64,000 bases of DNA, from positions 868-64,867 of the forward strand of contig JAWXCD010000125.1 of NCBI GenBank assembly GCA_034440535.1. The letters are read 5' to 3'. The notes under the pieces are model-generated. The model was not told where the DNA came from and did no database searches. It saw only the letters and a program-made list of their open reading frames with translations. Position 1 is the stretch's first letter. Each line of letters begins with the position of its first letter. This document shows positions 27,733-36,886 of the stretch, one piece after another. Origin of the DNA: Verrucomicrobiota bacterium (lineage in GTDB: Bacteria; Verrucomicrobiota; Verrucomicrobiia; JAWXBN01; JAWXCD01). The position numbers and the translations under genes are program-made.

Positions 27733-29330
27733 TCATTTGGGCGCGAAGATGGTTTTCAATACCTCGGCCAGTTGTCCTTCGGTGAAGGGTTTGTGGAGAT
27801 ATGTAATAACGTTCAGGTTTTTGCGGTGCGCTTGCTCGTGTTCCTCCATGCGTCCACTGGCGACTACGATGGGGATGTCGGGCAGTAGTTCATCAACCAG
27901 GCGTTCCAATTTCAGCGGTACGCGCTCGCCCTCCGCGCCTTTGGCGAAGGTCAACAACTGCCGCACCATGTCCGCACCCTGCTGGGCGCTCGTTTCTAAT
28001 ATGTCTAGGATATGCGATTGACCTGAATTCTGCCCCCGCAACAGCTCCACGCCCATCATGATGGGCGCGAGCGCATTGTTCAAATCATGCGCGATGCCGC
28101 CCGCCAGCGTGCCGAGACTTTCCATGCGCTGGGCGCGGAGCTGCTGGCGTGCGATCACTTTCATTTGCGTGATGTTTTCATGCGCCACCACCACGCGCAC
28201 TGGGCCGATGCTGGTGAACTGCGTGACGCGGCACAAGAACCACTGCTTATCGGTAGGGGAATGACAGGGGTATTCCAGCTCAAATTCCTTCTGCTCACCG
28301 GCAATGACCGCGCGGATGCCCTGGACCATCTGCGCCAAAGGTTCTCCGGTGACGCGAATGCACACATCGAAATAATTCACTCCGATGCCGGCCAGCGCCG
28401 GATCCAGCCCGTTCTGTTTGGCAAACACCTGCCACCGCAATGTTGGTGGCGACGATAGCGCCTTGCTTGTCCAGGATTGCCACGTGCGATGTTAGCGAGT
28501 CGAGCGCGGCGCGGGCAAAGCGTTCGCTTTCAACTAGTGCTTTCTCCGCCTGCTTACGCTCGGTGATGTCCATGTTCGTTCCCACCATCCATCTCACGCA
28601 TTGTTCCGTGTCCATGCGTACGATTTCCGCCGACTGAATGATGCGCACCTCCCCGGTCACTGCGCCGCCGGATGCGGAATTCGCGCGTGCAGTGATCGAG
28701 TCGCTGGATGGTGTCCTGAAATATTGCCTCATGTTGCGGCAAGTCTTCTGGCACCAGAAGGGCGGCCCATTCGTCCAAGTTGATTAAGCCCTTTGGAGTC
28801 GGGGTGATTCCATAAATGTGAAACATCTGGTCATCCCATCGGAGGCTGTTGGTTTCGACGTTCCAATCCCAAATCCCAACCCCAGTTGCCTCCGTCGCCA
28901 GACGTACCCGATGCTCGCTCGCGCGCAACGACTCGGAGGCAAGAATGCGCTCCGTAATGTCCCGTATGACCATGGCGATGACCTTTGATTTCCCCGTCCC
29001 GGAGCAATCAATGCCAAAACAGCTCATTTCCACCTGAATCTTTTCGCCGGTTTTGAGGTGGCATAAATTAGTTTCTCCTAACCATGCCCTGCATTGCAGC
29101 ATGGCGGGATAGGCCTCTTTACGAAAATGCTTCGAATCCTCCGGGTAAAAAAACAAAAACCGTCCGCGCTTGCACGTCCGCGTCGTCCTTCAGCCCTACG
29201 AGCTTCTGCCCGGCGGTGTTGATAAACAGCATCTGGCCTTCAGGCGTGGCCATGCCGATAAAATCCCCGCTGTGCAGGACCAGTTCCGACAGATGTTCTG
29301 GCTCCTGCTCCGCCCCCAGCGTAGTTCAGC
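27733..29330 (-). pseudogene. Degraded multi-PAS hybrid histidine kinase
   Basis: PAS/PAC segments lie in three frames, with shifts near 28660 and 28440. H-box RMESLGTLAGGIAHDLNN is fused directly to a receiver C-terminus (PIVVASG..LHKPF), with no HATPase. No clear start; upstream boundary approximate. Confidence 0.8.
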
Positions 29331-29553
29331 GCCTCGACACCTCCCTCGACAAGATGTTCTTACCAGCCACGTTAAAAGATGAGTGCTACCATTGTCATGT
29401 GAAGGATTTTGGATAATGATGGATTCAAACGTAATGAGTCGAAGCGATGCTGGTCCCTTTAAATTGGGTTGAAATAAAAAGTTGAGTGATGGGCTGCGAT
29501 GGGTTTTAAATGGGTGCGTATCTTTAAAGCTTAATTATTTTTTAAATTGGTAG

Positions 29554-29581
29554 TTGCATTGTCTGAGTGTGAAGCTATAGT
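29554..29581 (+). promoter_or_regulatory. Putative sigma70 promoter for the RRM gene
   Basis: TTGCAT-16 nt-TATAGT preceded by an AT-rich tract. Confidence 0.45.
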
Positions 29582-29648
29582 GGCGGCTACCCTTTTAGAG
29601 GGCTTATAGCTTCCAAGGTCTGGTGAATCTTCAAGAATTAGAGTTCGA

Positions 29649-29703
29649 GATGGTTTGAAACCCGGTAGTCGGGAACAGTTGGCACTAAGCGAATCAAGCC
29701 ATC
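29649..29703 (+). ncRNA. Candidate structured cis-regulatory 5' leader of the RRM gene
   Basis: Stem gatggtttga/tcaagccatc encloses the hairpin cccg-gtagt-cggg and ends 27 nt before the ATG. Confidence 0.45.
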
Positions 29704-29730
29704 AGGGGCAAAAAAATAGGATAAATAAAC

Positions 29731-30099
29731 ATGTCTACGAAACTCTTTGTTGGAAATCTTTCCTTCAATACTACTGAAAATGATCTCCAAGACGCCTTCT
29801 CGGCTCATGGAACTGTTAGTGAAACAAATCTCATGATGGATCGCGCCACTGGCCGTTCACGTGGTTTTGCTTTTTTGACAATGGGCTCTGCTGAAGAAGC
29901 TCAAAAAGCCATTGACGCCATGAACGGTGCAAGCCTTGATGGACGTAACCTTACTGTTAACATTGCTCGTCCTCGTGAAGACCGTCCGGCCTTCTCCGGT
30001 GGTAGCGGCGGTGGAAACCGTGGCGGTAGCGGTGGCGGCGGCGGCGGAAGCCGTGAACGTCGTGACTTCGGTGGTGATCGTCGTCAACGTCGGTACTAA
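29731..30099 (+). CDS. RRM-domain RNA-binding protein with Gly/Arg-rich tail
   Basis: RNP2 LFVGNL and RNP1 RGFAFL; C-terminal GGSGGG/RRDF. Confidence 0.95.
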   Translation: MSTKLFVGNLSFNTTENDLQDAFSAHGTVSETNLMMDRATGRSRGFAFLTMGSAEEAQKAIDAMNGASLDGRNLTVNIARPREDRPAFSGGSGGGNRGGSGGGGGGSRERRDFGGDRRQRRY

Positions 30100-30112
30100 T
30101 CTTTAGTTTTTC

Positions 30113-30150
30113 AAAGCGCGGCTCCTTTCACGGTGCTGCGCTTTTTTTTT
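30113..30150 (+). terminator. Intrinsic terminator
   Basis: aaagcgcggc...gctgcgcttt followed by a T-run. Confidence 0.7.
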
Positions 30151-30214
30151 CACTGAGTCAGAAGGGTCCGTCACTCTTTTGTCTTTGATTAAACTCAGGA
30201 CGGGACAGAGGTGT

Positions 30215-30424
30215 ATGGAAAAGATTATAGAAATTGAAGGTACAGTCCTGATGGTTTTGGCTGGGACTATGTTCCGGGTTGAGCTTGATAACAAACATCA
30301 AGTGCTCGCGACGATCTCTGGAAAAATGCGTAAGCGTTTTATTCGTTTATGCGTGGGTGATAGAGTCAAAATGGAAATGACTCCTTACGACTTGAATAAA
30401 GCCCGTATTGTCTGGCGCGTTTGA
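30215..30424 (+). CDS. infA: Translation initiation factor IF-1
   Basis: [31 protein letters not shown]...GDRV..EMTPYDL.KARI. Start reassigned to 30215. Confidence 0.95.
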   Translation: MEKIIEIEGTVLMVLAGTMFRVELDNKHQVLATISGKMRKRFIRLCVGDRVKMEMTPYDLNKARIVWRV

Positions 30425-30466
30425 AGATTTAAAGGGTTTGGGTCAACCACCCCTCATTATTTTACT

Positions 30467-30498
30467 GCCTGTTTCTGAGAGGAAACAGGCTTTTTTTT
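30467..30498 (+). terminator. Intrinsic terminator
   Basis: gcctgtttc-tgagag-gaaacaggc followed by T8. Confidence 0.85.
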
Positions 30499-30566
30499 GC
30501 CAAAATGCGAAAAACATTTTGACAAAGATGAGCTTTGCCTTAGAAACTTAGCCAAGACTAAAAAAT

Positions 30567-31433
30567 ATGTGTATACCTAAATCGATCCTCCTCACTGTTT
30601 GTACCGCTGCGTCATTTCTCACTTTAGCCCAGGCCAACGAAACAGTTTCGCGACCTGATAAATGGAAATATAACCTCTTTAATTCCGTGCCTTCCGAATA
30701 CTTAAGGGATATGTCGACAGATCGCCCTGATCAAACAGAAAGCCCGTACACTGTCGACGCGGGGCGTTATCAAATCGAATTGAGCTTTTTCGATTATACT
30801 TACGATAAAGCGGGTTCGGTCCGTTTTGAACAGTGGAACGCTGTTCCGATAAACTTCAAAGTGGGGCTTCTTAACAACGTTGATCTGCAAGTCGTTCTGG
30901 ATAATTTTATTTCACAGAGAACAAAAGATTCTTCCGACGACTCAATCGTCTACAACGAAGGTTTTGGAGATGTAACCACTCGTTTGAAGATTAATCTTTG
31001 GGGTAACGACGAGGGGAAAACAGCTTTGGCTCTGATGCCTTTTATTAAGGCTCCCACAAATTCGGGTGGGGTGGGGAATAATAGTCCCGAAGGCGGAATC
31101 ATCATTCCTTTCGCAACAGAACTCCCTGGCGGCTGGTCGTTGGGAATCATGACCGAGTTTGATGTGATGCGGAACGGAAATGACAATGGGAATCATGCTG
31201 AGTTCGTAAACTCGATTACAGTGAGTCGGGATATCATTGGTAAATTGGGCGGGTACGCAGAATTTTTTACACGCGTTGTTGATGAAGATAATTCAGATTG
31301 GCAGGGCCAGATTGATTTCGGGTTGACCTATTCCATTACCGAAAACCTCAATCTTGATGCGGGCTGTAACTTTGGAGTTACCGAATCAGCCGATGATTTT
31401 AATCCGTTTGCGGGCCTATCCGTTCGCTTTTAG
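30567..31433 (+). CDS. Outer-membrane beta-barrel 'transporter' (Phenol_MetA_deg family)
   Basis: Signal peptide, TDRPDQTESPYTVDAG, GFGD..RLKINLWG, C-terminal SVRF. Confidence 0.82.
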   Translation: MCIPKSILLTVCTAASFLTLAQANETVSRPDKWKYNLFNSVPSEYLRDMSTDRPDQTESPYTVDAGRYQIELSFFDYTYDKAGSVRFEQWNAVPINFKVGLLNNVDLQVVLDNFISQRTKDSSDDSIVYNEGFGDVTTRLKINLWGNDEGKTALALMPFIKAPTNSGGVGNNSPEGGIIIPFATELPGGWSLGIMTEFDVMRNGNDNGNHAEFVNSITVSRDIIGKLGGYAEFFTRVVDEDNSDWQGQIDFGLTYSITENLNLDAGCNFGVTESADDFNPFAGLSVRF

Positions 31434-31498
31434 GGCATCAGAGGGGGCAATTCTAAAGACGCGATTGCATTATTGAAAACATGGGTTAAGAAGGTAGC

Positions 31499-31954
31499 AT
31501 GTTAGTAAAATCACTTATCGTCGGGTTAGTGTTAACGTGTGCGAGTGCCGTGAGCGTCAACGCCGAGGACAAAACCACCGCGAAACCAACAAAAGGAAAA
31601 GTTATGGAACCAGGACAGGAAGTTAAAACCGTTTCAGGCCTTAAATATACCGACACAGTCGTTGGAACTGGGACAGAAGCCAAAAAAGGGAGCCGTGTTT
31701 CCGTACATTACACCGGGACATTTTTGGACGGTAAGAAGTTTGATTCCTCCAAAGAGCGCGGCCCATTTGGATTCGTTGTAGGGGGCGGACAGGTTATTGC
31801 GGGATGGGAAGAAGGCGTCGTTGGAATGAAAGTCGGCGGCACCCGTAAACTGACTATTCCTTATCAACTCGCTTACGGCGAAGAAGGCTATCCAGGAGCG
31901 ATCCCTCCACGTTCGACTTTGCTTTTTGAGATCGAACTTTTGGACGTCAAATAG
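31499..31954 (+). CDS. FKBP-type peptidyl-prolyl isomerase (exported)
   Basis: VHYTG..DGKKFDSS, VIAGWEEG, LAYG and IPP.STL.FEIEL motifs. Confidence 0.95.
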   Translation: MLVKSLIVGLVLTCASAVSVNAEDKTTAKPTKGKVMEPGQEVKTVSGLKYTDTVVGTGTEAKKGSRVSVHYTGTFLDGKKFDSSKERGPFGFVVGGGQVIAGWEEGVVGMKVGGTRKLTIPYQLAYGEEGYPGAIPPRSTLLFEIELLDVK

Positions 31955-32098
31955 ACACATCAAAAGTCTCAATTTATATTTCCATTCAATGGCTTGCGTT
32001 CTCTTTATCGAACCAAGTCATTAAAATCTTTGGGGTGGTTGGAGCCCTCCGTAAATTCAGAAATGGGAAACCACACGACGCCGCGGAAACTTCAGGAA

Positions 32099-33922
32099 TT
32101 ATTTCGGTTCAGGACCTTTATAATGGAACACAATCAAAGTGATATCATCGCTTTGTTCGGTTTTGTCCGCGTAGACTTCGAGGGAGGTTGAGAGAGCTTT
32201 GCAAAAATCTTTGGCATTGGCTTTGCGTGTTTGATTCAGGACTTGCTCAAGGCGGTCCATGCCAAACAGTTCTCCCTTGGCGTTCATGGCTTCAGAGACA
32301 CCATCAGTGTAAATGAAAACAGTATGACCCGGAGAAAGGAGGACAGATTTAGATTGGTACATTAACCCAGGAATAGGCCCTAATATTGCGCCCTCTGGTA
32401 AATCTAACAGCGTGAAGTCGTTATTTGGTGCAGCAATAAAAGGGGGATTATGCCCTGCATTGGTGTAAACCATTTCGCCCGTTGAAATATCCACTACAGC
32501 ACAGAAGAGCGTCACGAACATACATGAGGTGTTATCCTCGCTGAGCATGTTATTTACTTTGAACAAAACATCGTGGAGAGGGGCTCCTTGTAGCGCAATC
32601 GTTTTGATAAGGGTCTTTGTGATGACCATATATAAAGCTGCAGGAACACCCTTTTCCGAAACATCGCCGATCACAATACAAAACCGGTTTTCGTCGAGGT
32701 AAAAGAAATCGTAGAAATCACCACCCACCTCGCGCGCAGGGTCCATTACGGCGAACATTTCGAATTCTTTTTTTAAAGGAAAAACCTGAGGGAGCATGTT
32801 GGCTTGAATTTCGCGCGCAATATTGAGCTCCTGTTCCATCCGCATTTTTTCAGCTTCGATCCGGGCTTTTTCAGATTTGAGAGTGCGCTCTCTTTCGAGG
32901 GTTTCAGTCAGTTGAACCAATGCGTCCTTTAACCTGTGTTTTTCCTGGAGAAGGTTTTCGTACATGCGCGCATTGTGGATGGCGATTGAAATGTAATTAC
33001 AAAATTGTTCGAGTAACGAAAGCTGCCTTTCTTCGAAAGCCCCACCATCTGCTCGGTTCAATAATTGAAGAACTCCGATGAGTTGTCCTCGAAGAATCAG
33101 AGGTGCAGAGAGAATTGATTTCGTGCGGAACCCGGTTTCCTTGTCGTAAGCAGGATTAAATCTCGGATCATCGTATGCATCCGCAATGAGCAGTGATTTC
33201 TGATTTTCCGCAACGAATCCAACAATACCCTGACCCATAGGGAGTTTGCGCCCAGTTAATCCGGAGTTTGAACCCACAGAAATATCGAAAATAAGGTGCT
33301 GCTTATCATCGCTAAGCAGGAAAAGAGACCCCACTTCCGCTTGGCACATTTCTTTACTGGCCTCGATCACTTTCCCGAGAAGTGTGTTGAGGTCCATTTG
33401 CTCGATGATCAACCTCGAAAGGGAATTCATCCGATCCATTTCCGCCATTTGACCATCGAAAGCCCTCCGCATTTCTTCAGCCTCAGATGGACTGATTAAT
33501 TGCGGGGCAGAATCACCACGATGACCTGCCTTGATGAGAGTAAGCTGATTTTCGTCTTGATCACGGTGATAATGGATTTGATCCATGATCTTACGAATAA
33601 AGTGAACACCCAGACCCCCTTCGCGGCGTGCCTCGAGTGGAGCAAGCGTGTCAGGCTCCGGATGTGCGAGCATATCAAAAGGGACACCTTTATCAGTGAT
33701 GGTGACAGAGACAGCTTGCTGAAAGTATTCGCAAACAACCTCTACGGATCCTTTAACTTCTGGATAACCGTAGCTGATGACGTTGACGAGGGCTTCTTCA
33801 GCAGCAAGCTCGAGGTGTTGCTGTTTATCGAGCGGAAGATTATGTTTGTCGCAATAAGACCTGATAAACTCCAAGAGTTCTTCGAGGTTTGCGAGGTCGG
33901 CGGTACGCGCTATTTTTTCCAT
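32099..33922 (-). CDS. RsbW-like anti-sigma kinase + GAF + SpoIIE/PP2C phosphatase fusion
   Basis: EEALVNVISYGY, DKGVPFD and GGLGVH (HATPase_c_2); GAF FNPAYDKETGFRTKSIL; PP2C VGGDFYD, DVSEKG, YTDGVSE and DDIT. Confidence 0.9.
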   Translation of the reverse strand: MEKIARTADLANLEELLEFIRSYCDKHNLPLDKQQHLELAAEEALVNVISYGYPEVKGSVEVVCEYFQQAVSVTITDKGVPFDMLAHPEPDTLAPLEARREGGLGVHFIRKIMDQIHYHRDQDENQLTLIKAGHRGDSAPQLISPSEAEEMRRAFDGQMAEMDRMNSLSRLIIEQMDLNTLLGKVIEASKEMCQAEVGSLFLLSDDKQHLIFDISVGSNSGLTGRKLPMGQGIVGFVAENQKSLLIADAYDDPRFNPAYDKETGFRTKSILSAPLILRGQLIGVLQLLNRADGGAFEERQLSLLEQFCNYISIAIHNARMYENLLQEKHRLKDALVQLTETLERERTLKSEKARIEAEKMRMEQELNIAREIQANMLPQVFPLKKEFEMFAVMDPAREVGGDFYDFFYLDENRFCIVIGDVSEKGVPAALYMVITKTLIKTIALQGAPLHDVLFKVNNMLSEDNTSCMFVTLFCAVVDISTGEMVYTNAGHNPPFIAAPNNDFTLLDLPEGAILGPIPGLMYQSKSVLLSPGHTVFIYTDGVSEAMNAKGELFGMDRLEQVLNQTRKANAKDFCKALSTSLEVYADKTEQSDDITLIVFHYKGPEPK

Positions 33923-34260
33923 GAATGAGCTAAGTCTTCCAAGGCCTTTTCCTGTTCCTCATAAATAGGGAAAATGGAATAGAAACCAGCGAGCTTGAAC
34001 ACTTCACGGACGAGATCATTTGGTTCAGCGAGGACGATTTTGCCTTCATTGGGGCGAACCTTAGCCAAGGCTGAAAGAAGCACGCGAAGACCTGCGCTTG
34101 AAATATATTCGAGGTTACTAAAACTCACGAGGACATACTTTTCTCCTGAGTCGATTAGTCCGTTCATTTTGTCGCGAAGGAGAGGGGACGAAACGGCATC
34201 TAAACGTCCGTGCAAATCCAAAATAACAACCTGGTCTTTTTTTGATTCTTTAATATTCAT
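33910..34260 (-). CDS. STAS-domain anti-sigma-factor antagonist (RsbV-like)
   Basis: GRLDA and YISSAGLRVLL phosphoacceptor motifs. Start reassigned to 34260. Confidence 0.9.
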   Translation of the reverse strand: MNIKESKKDQVVILDLHGRLDAVSSPLLRDKMNGLIDSGEKYVLVSFSNLEYISSAGLRVLLSALAKVRPNEGKIVLAEPNDLVREVFKLAGFYSIFPIYEEQEKALEDLAHSWKK

Positions 34261-34391
34261 AGCGTCCAAAGTTTTAATATGACGAAGAGTACTGTAACCG
34301 TACCCGTGTTCCTGACAATCCAAAAAGTCGTCTCGGGTTGTTGCCTGTTTCCCTGATAATTGATACAGTTAAAGGAATTGGGCGCAATTTT

Positions 34392-35069
34392 ATGAATTAT
34401 TTTATCTACGTTGGCTATGACTTGGAAGGGCCAATGACCATTGAGCAGATCAAGGCAATGCTTGCCACAGGTCAAGTACAGCCCGATGCCTCTGCGACCC
34501 CAGAGGATCAGGAACAATGGCGACCGATTGGTGATATTTTAAGGGAACTTGAGCCACCCGAACCCGCACCCGCGCCCATAGCCGCAACACCTGAGCTGCC
34601 CCCCGTTGACCCTGCTTTTGCGGCCACGATAATTGAACCTAGGCGTAAGGTAAAAGTGACAACAAACCCACCATCGGGCATTATGCCCAACCAAGGCACT
34701 CTGGCTTCTGCACCCGCTGCGACGGCTCCCGTTGGCAAACTTTCAACGGCAGCTTCTGAACAGGGAACCGCACCAGTTGAGGTTTCGAAAACGACTCCAG
34801 CTCCTGCGCAGGATCCTATAGCAGAAACACCAAGGACAGATCTTAAACCGCTTCCCGAACCAGCCATTAAAATTCCTCAAGCGGACCGTGCCGATCCCCG
34901 TTCTCCTTCTGGAACTTCGGTGAGTCCCTATGTGGTGACTGATATCGAAATTCCGTTTCCACGGCTTATTGCAGTCATGTTTAAAGTCTGTATGGCCGCC
35001 ATTCCTGGAATCATCGTGTTGGCGATGATGGCCGGAATTCTCGTATTTATTTTTAACGCCCTCAAATAA
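34392..35069 (+). CDS. GYF_2 (DUF4339) domain protein with Pro-rich linker and C-terminal TM
   Basis: YFIY....EGP.T.EQI..ML..G.........W.PI N-terminus; C-terminal 'VVTDIEIPF' followed by a TM. Confidence 0.75.
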   Translation: MNYFIYVGYDLEGPMTIEQIKAMLATGQVQPDASATPEDQEQWRPIGDILRELEPPEPAPAPIAATPELPPVDPAFAATIIEPRRKVKVTTNPPSGIMPNQGTLASAPAATAPVGKLSTAASEQGTAPVEVSKTTPAPAQDPIAETPRTDLKPLPEPAIKIPQADRADPRSPSGTSVSPYVVTDIEIPFPRLIAVMFKVCMAAIPGIIVLAMMAGILVFIFNALK

Positions 35070-35124
35070 CCATGTGCCCATCTAAATGATGGGCCTTGTG
35101 GAGAGCGTATTGATCCTCTGCAAC

Positions 35125-36756
35125 CTAAATGAGGGCCGCGAGCATATCTTCTTTTTTGGCGCGCCTGACATAGTGCATGAATGACTCGTCATTTTGTTTG
35201 TTGTCTTCGTAGTGCTTAAGGAGCTTGCCAATAGTGATGTGTACATCCTTGGCGAGTACTTTGCCTTTGAGCAATTCGTTAAACTTCCGTTCTTTTCCGG
35301 TCGATCCGCCAATAAACATATCGAACGCTTCGGTCATCACTCCGTTGACACGGGTTTGTGCGCCACGGAATCCAATGTCGGCGATTTGATGCTGTCCGCA
35401 GGAACTCGGGCAACCGCTGAAATGAACGCGGATTTTACCTTTATAAAATCCAGCTGTGTCTTCCAACTGAGTCACAAGTTCCATCATACGGTTTTTTGTT
35501 TCGGCAATGGCGAGATTACAGAATTCTGTGCCTGTGCAAGCGACACAACCCGTGCGGAAATTAGACGGGTTCCAAATCAGGTTGTTATCGTCGAGCTCTT
35601 TCTTTAAAGCCTCGATATTTTTCTGAGGAATATTAACGAGGATCAGATTTTGTTTGTTGGTATTGCGAATATAACCCACCCCGTCATTGCTGTACTTTCT
35701 GGCGAGTTCCGCGACTTTCCGCAATTGATTGGCCCGCACACGTCCGCCAGCAAAACAGATGCCGACGTAAAATAAGCCAGGCTGCTTTTGCTCGTATACA
35801 CCTAAGTGATCGGTTTCAGGGTCCTCAGGAAAGGCCCACTGATCATGACGATCTAGTTTGTACCCAAGATACTCCTCGACCTTTTCACGGAACTTGTCTG
35901 GGCCCCAATCTGCCATGAGAAATTTGAGGCGGGCTTTGCTCCGTTTGTCCCGAATACCGAAATCCCGGTAAATGACCGAAATATAATGTGCTACAGGCAG
36001 AACCTGATCGGCCCGGAGGAAAACCCCCAAGTTTTGAGCCATGTGCGGAGCGGAGGAAAGTCCGCCCCCAACCATAACCCCGTATCCACATTCTTCCTTG
36101 CCCTCTTTTGTGCGTTTTAAGCCGAAGAAAGAAAGACAGTTAATATCAGGTTGCGCGCAATGTATGCAGCATCCGGAGATTGAAATTTTGTATTTGCGAG
36201 GGAGGTTGGAAAATTCACGATTGTCCGTGAGGTGCTTGTTGACCTCCGCTATCTGTGGGTTTGCATCGATGATTTCGTTCTTATCGAAACCCGCAACTGG
36301 GCAGCTGACAATATTACGCGTGTCATCACCGCAAGCGCCCGAGGTGGTCATCCCCACTGCGGCAAGGCGTGAAAAAATTTCCGGAAACTGTTCAATTTTA
36401 AGCCAGTGATACTGAATAGTTTGCCGCGTAGTGATATCACCAAACCCATGGCCAAAATCTTCAGCAAGTCCCGTGAGCACATCAAGTTGAGCGGAAGTCA
36501 TCTGACCGCCCGGGATTTTGGTGCGGAGCATGAAGTAACCGCTATCTTTTGGACGTTGGCGATAGACGCCGTACCATTTCATCCGCGTGAAGTCGTCATC
36601 GGTAATCGTAGAAAATCCAGACTTTGCGTAGCGATAAATATCGTGAATAACGTCTAAACCGTCCTTCTCGACTTTTAATTTTTCCTCAGGAATTGGCCCT
36701 GGTGTGAAGGCGCGCGGAGTGGATAAAACGGGGGTTGTGTCTGTGGCTGTGCTCAT
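35125..36756 (-). CDS. Ferredoxin-dependent nitrite/sulfite reductase (siroheme-[4Fe-4S])
   Basis: FMLRTKIPGG, TTRQTIQ, LPRKYKI, ACTGTEFC and SGCPSSC motifs. Confidence 0.92.
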   Translation of the reverse strand: MSTATDTTPVLSTPRAFTPGPIPEEKLKVEKDGLDVIHDIYRYAKSGFSTITDDDFTRMKWYGVYRQRPKDSGYFMLRTKIPGGQMTSAQLDVLTGLAEDFGHGFGDITTRQTIQYHWLKIEQFPEIFSRLAAVGMTTSGACGDDTRNIVSCPVAGFDKNEIIDANPQIAEVNKHLTDNREFSNLPRKYKISISGCCIHCAQPDINCLSFFGLKRTKEGKEECGYGVMVGGGLSSAPHMAQNLGVFLRADQVLPVAHYISVIYRDFGIRDKRSKARLKFLMADWGPDKFREKVEEYLGYKLDRHDQWAFPEDPETDHLGVYEQKQPGLFYVGICFAGGRVRANQLRKVAELARKYSNDGVGYIRNTNKQNLILVNIPQKNIEALKKELDDNNLIWNPSNFRTGCVACTGTEFCNLAIAETKNRMMELVTQLEDTAGFYKGKIRVHFSGCPSSCGQHQIADIGFRGAQTRVNGVMTEAFDMFIGGSTGKERKFNELLKGKVLAKDVHITIGKLLKHYEDNKQNDESFMHYVRRAKKEDMLAALI

Positions 36757-36886
36757 GTAAGGGGGTAACCATAAGCAGCACGAGCCTTTGGTGCAAGAGT
36801 CTGATGCGGGATAGGCGAAGAAATCCTAGATATTCAATCGACATTAGGCGCAGGCGCGGGGAAACAGCACCTCGTCAGGGCAGATC

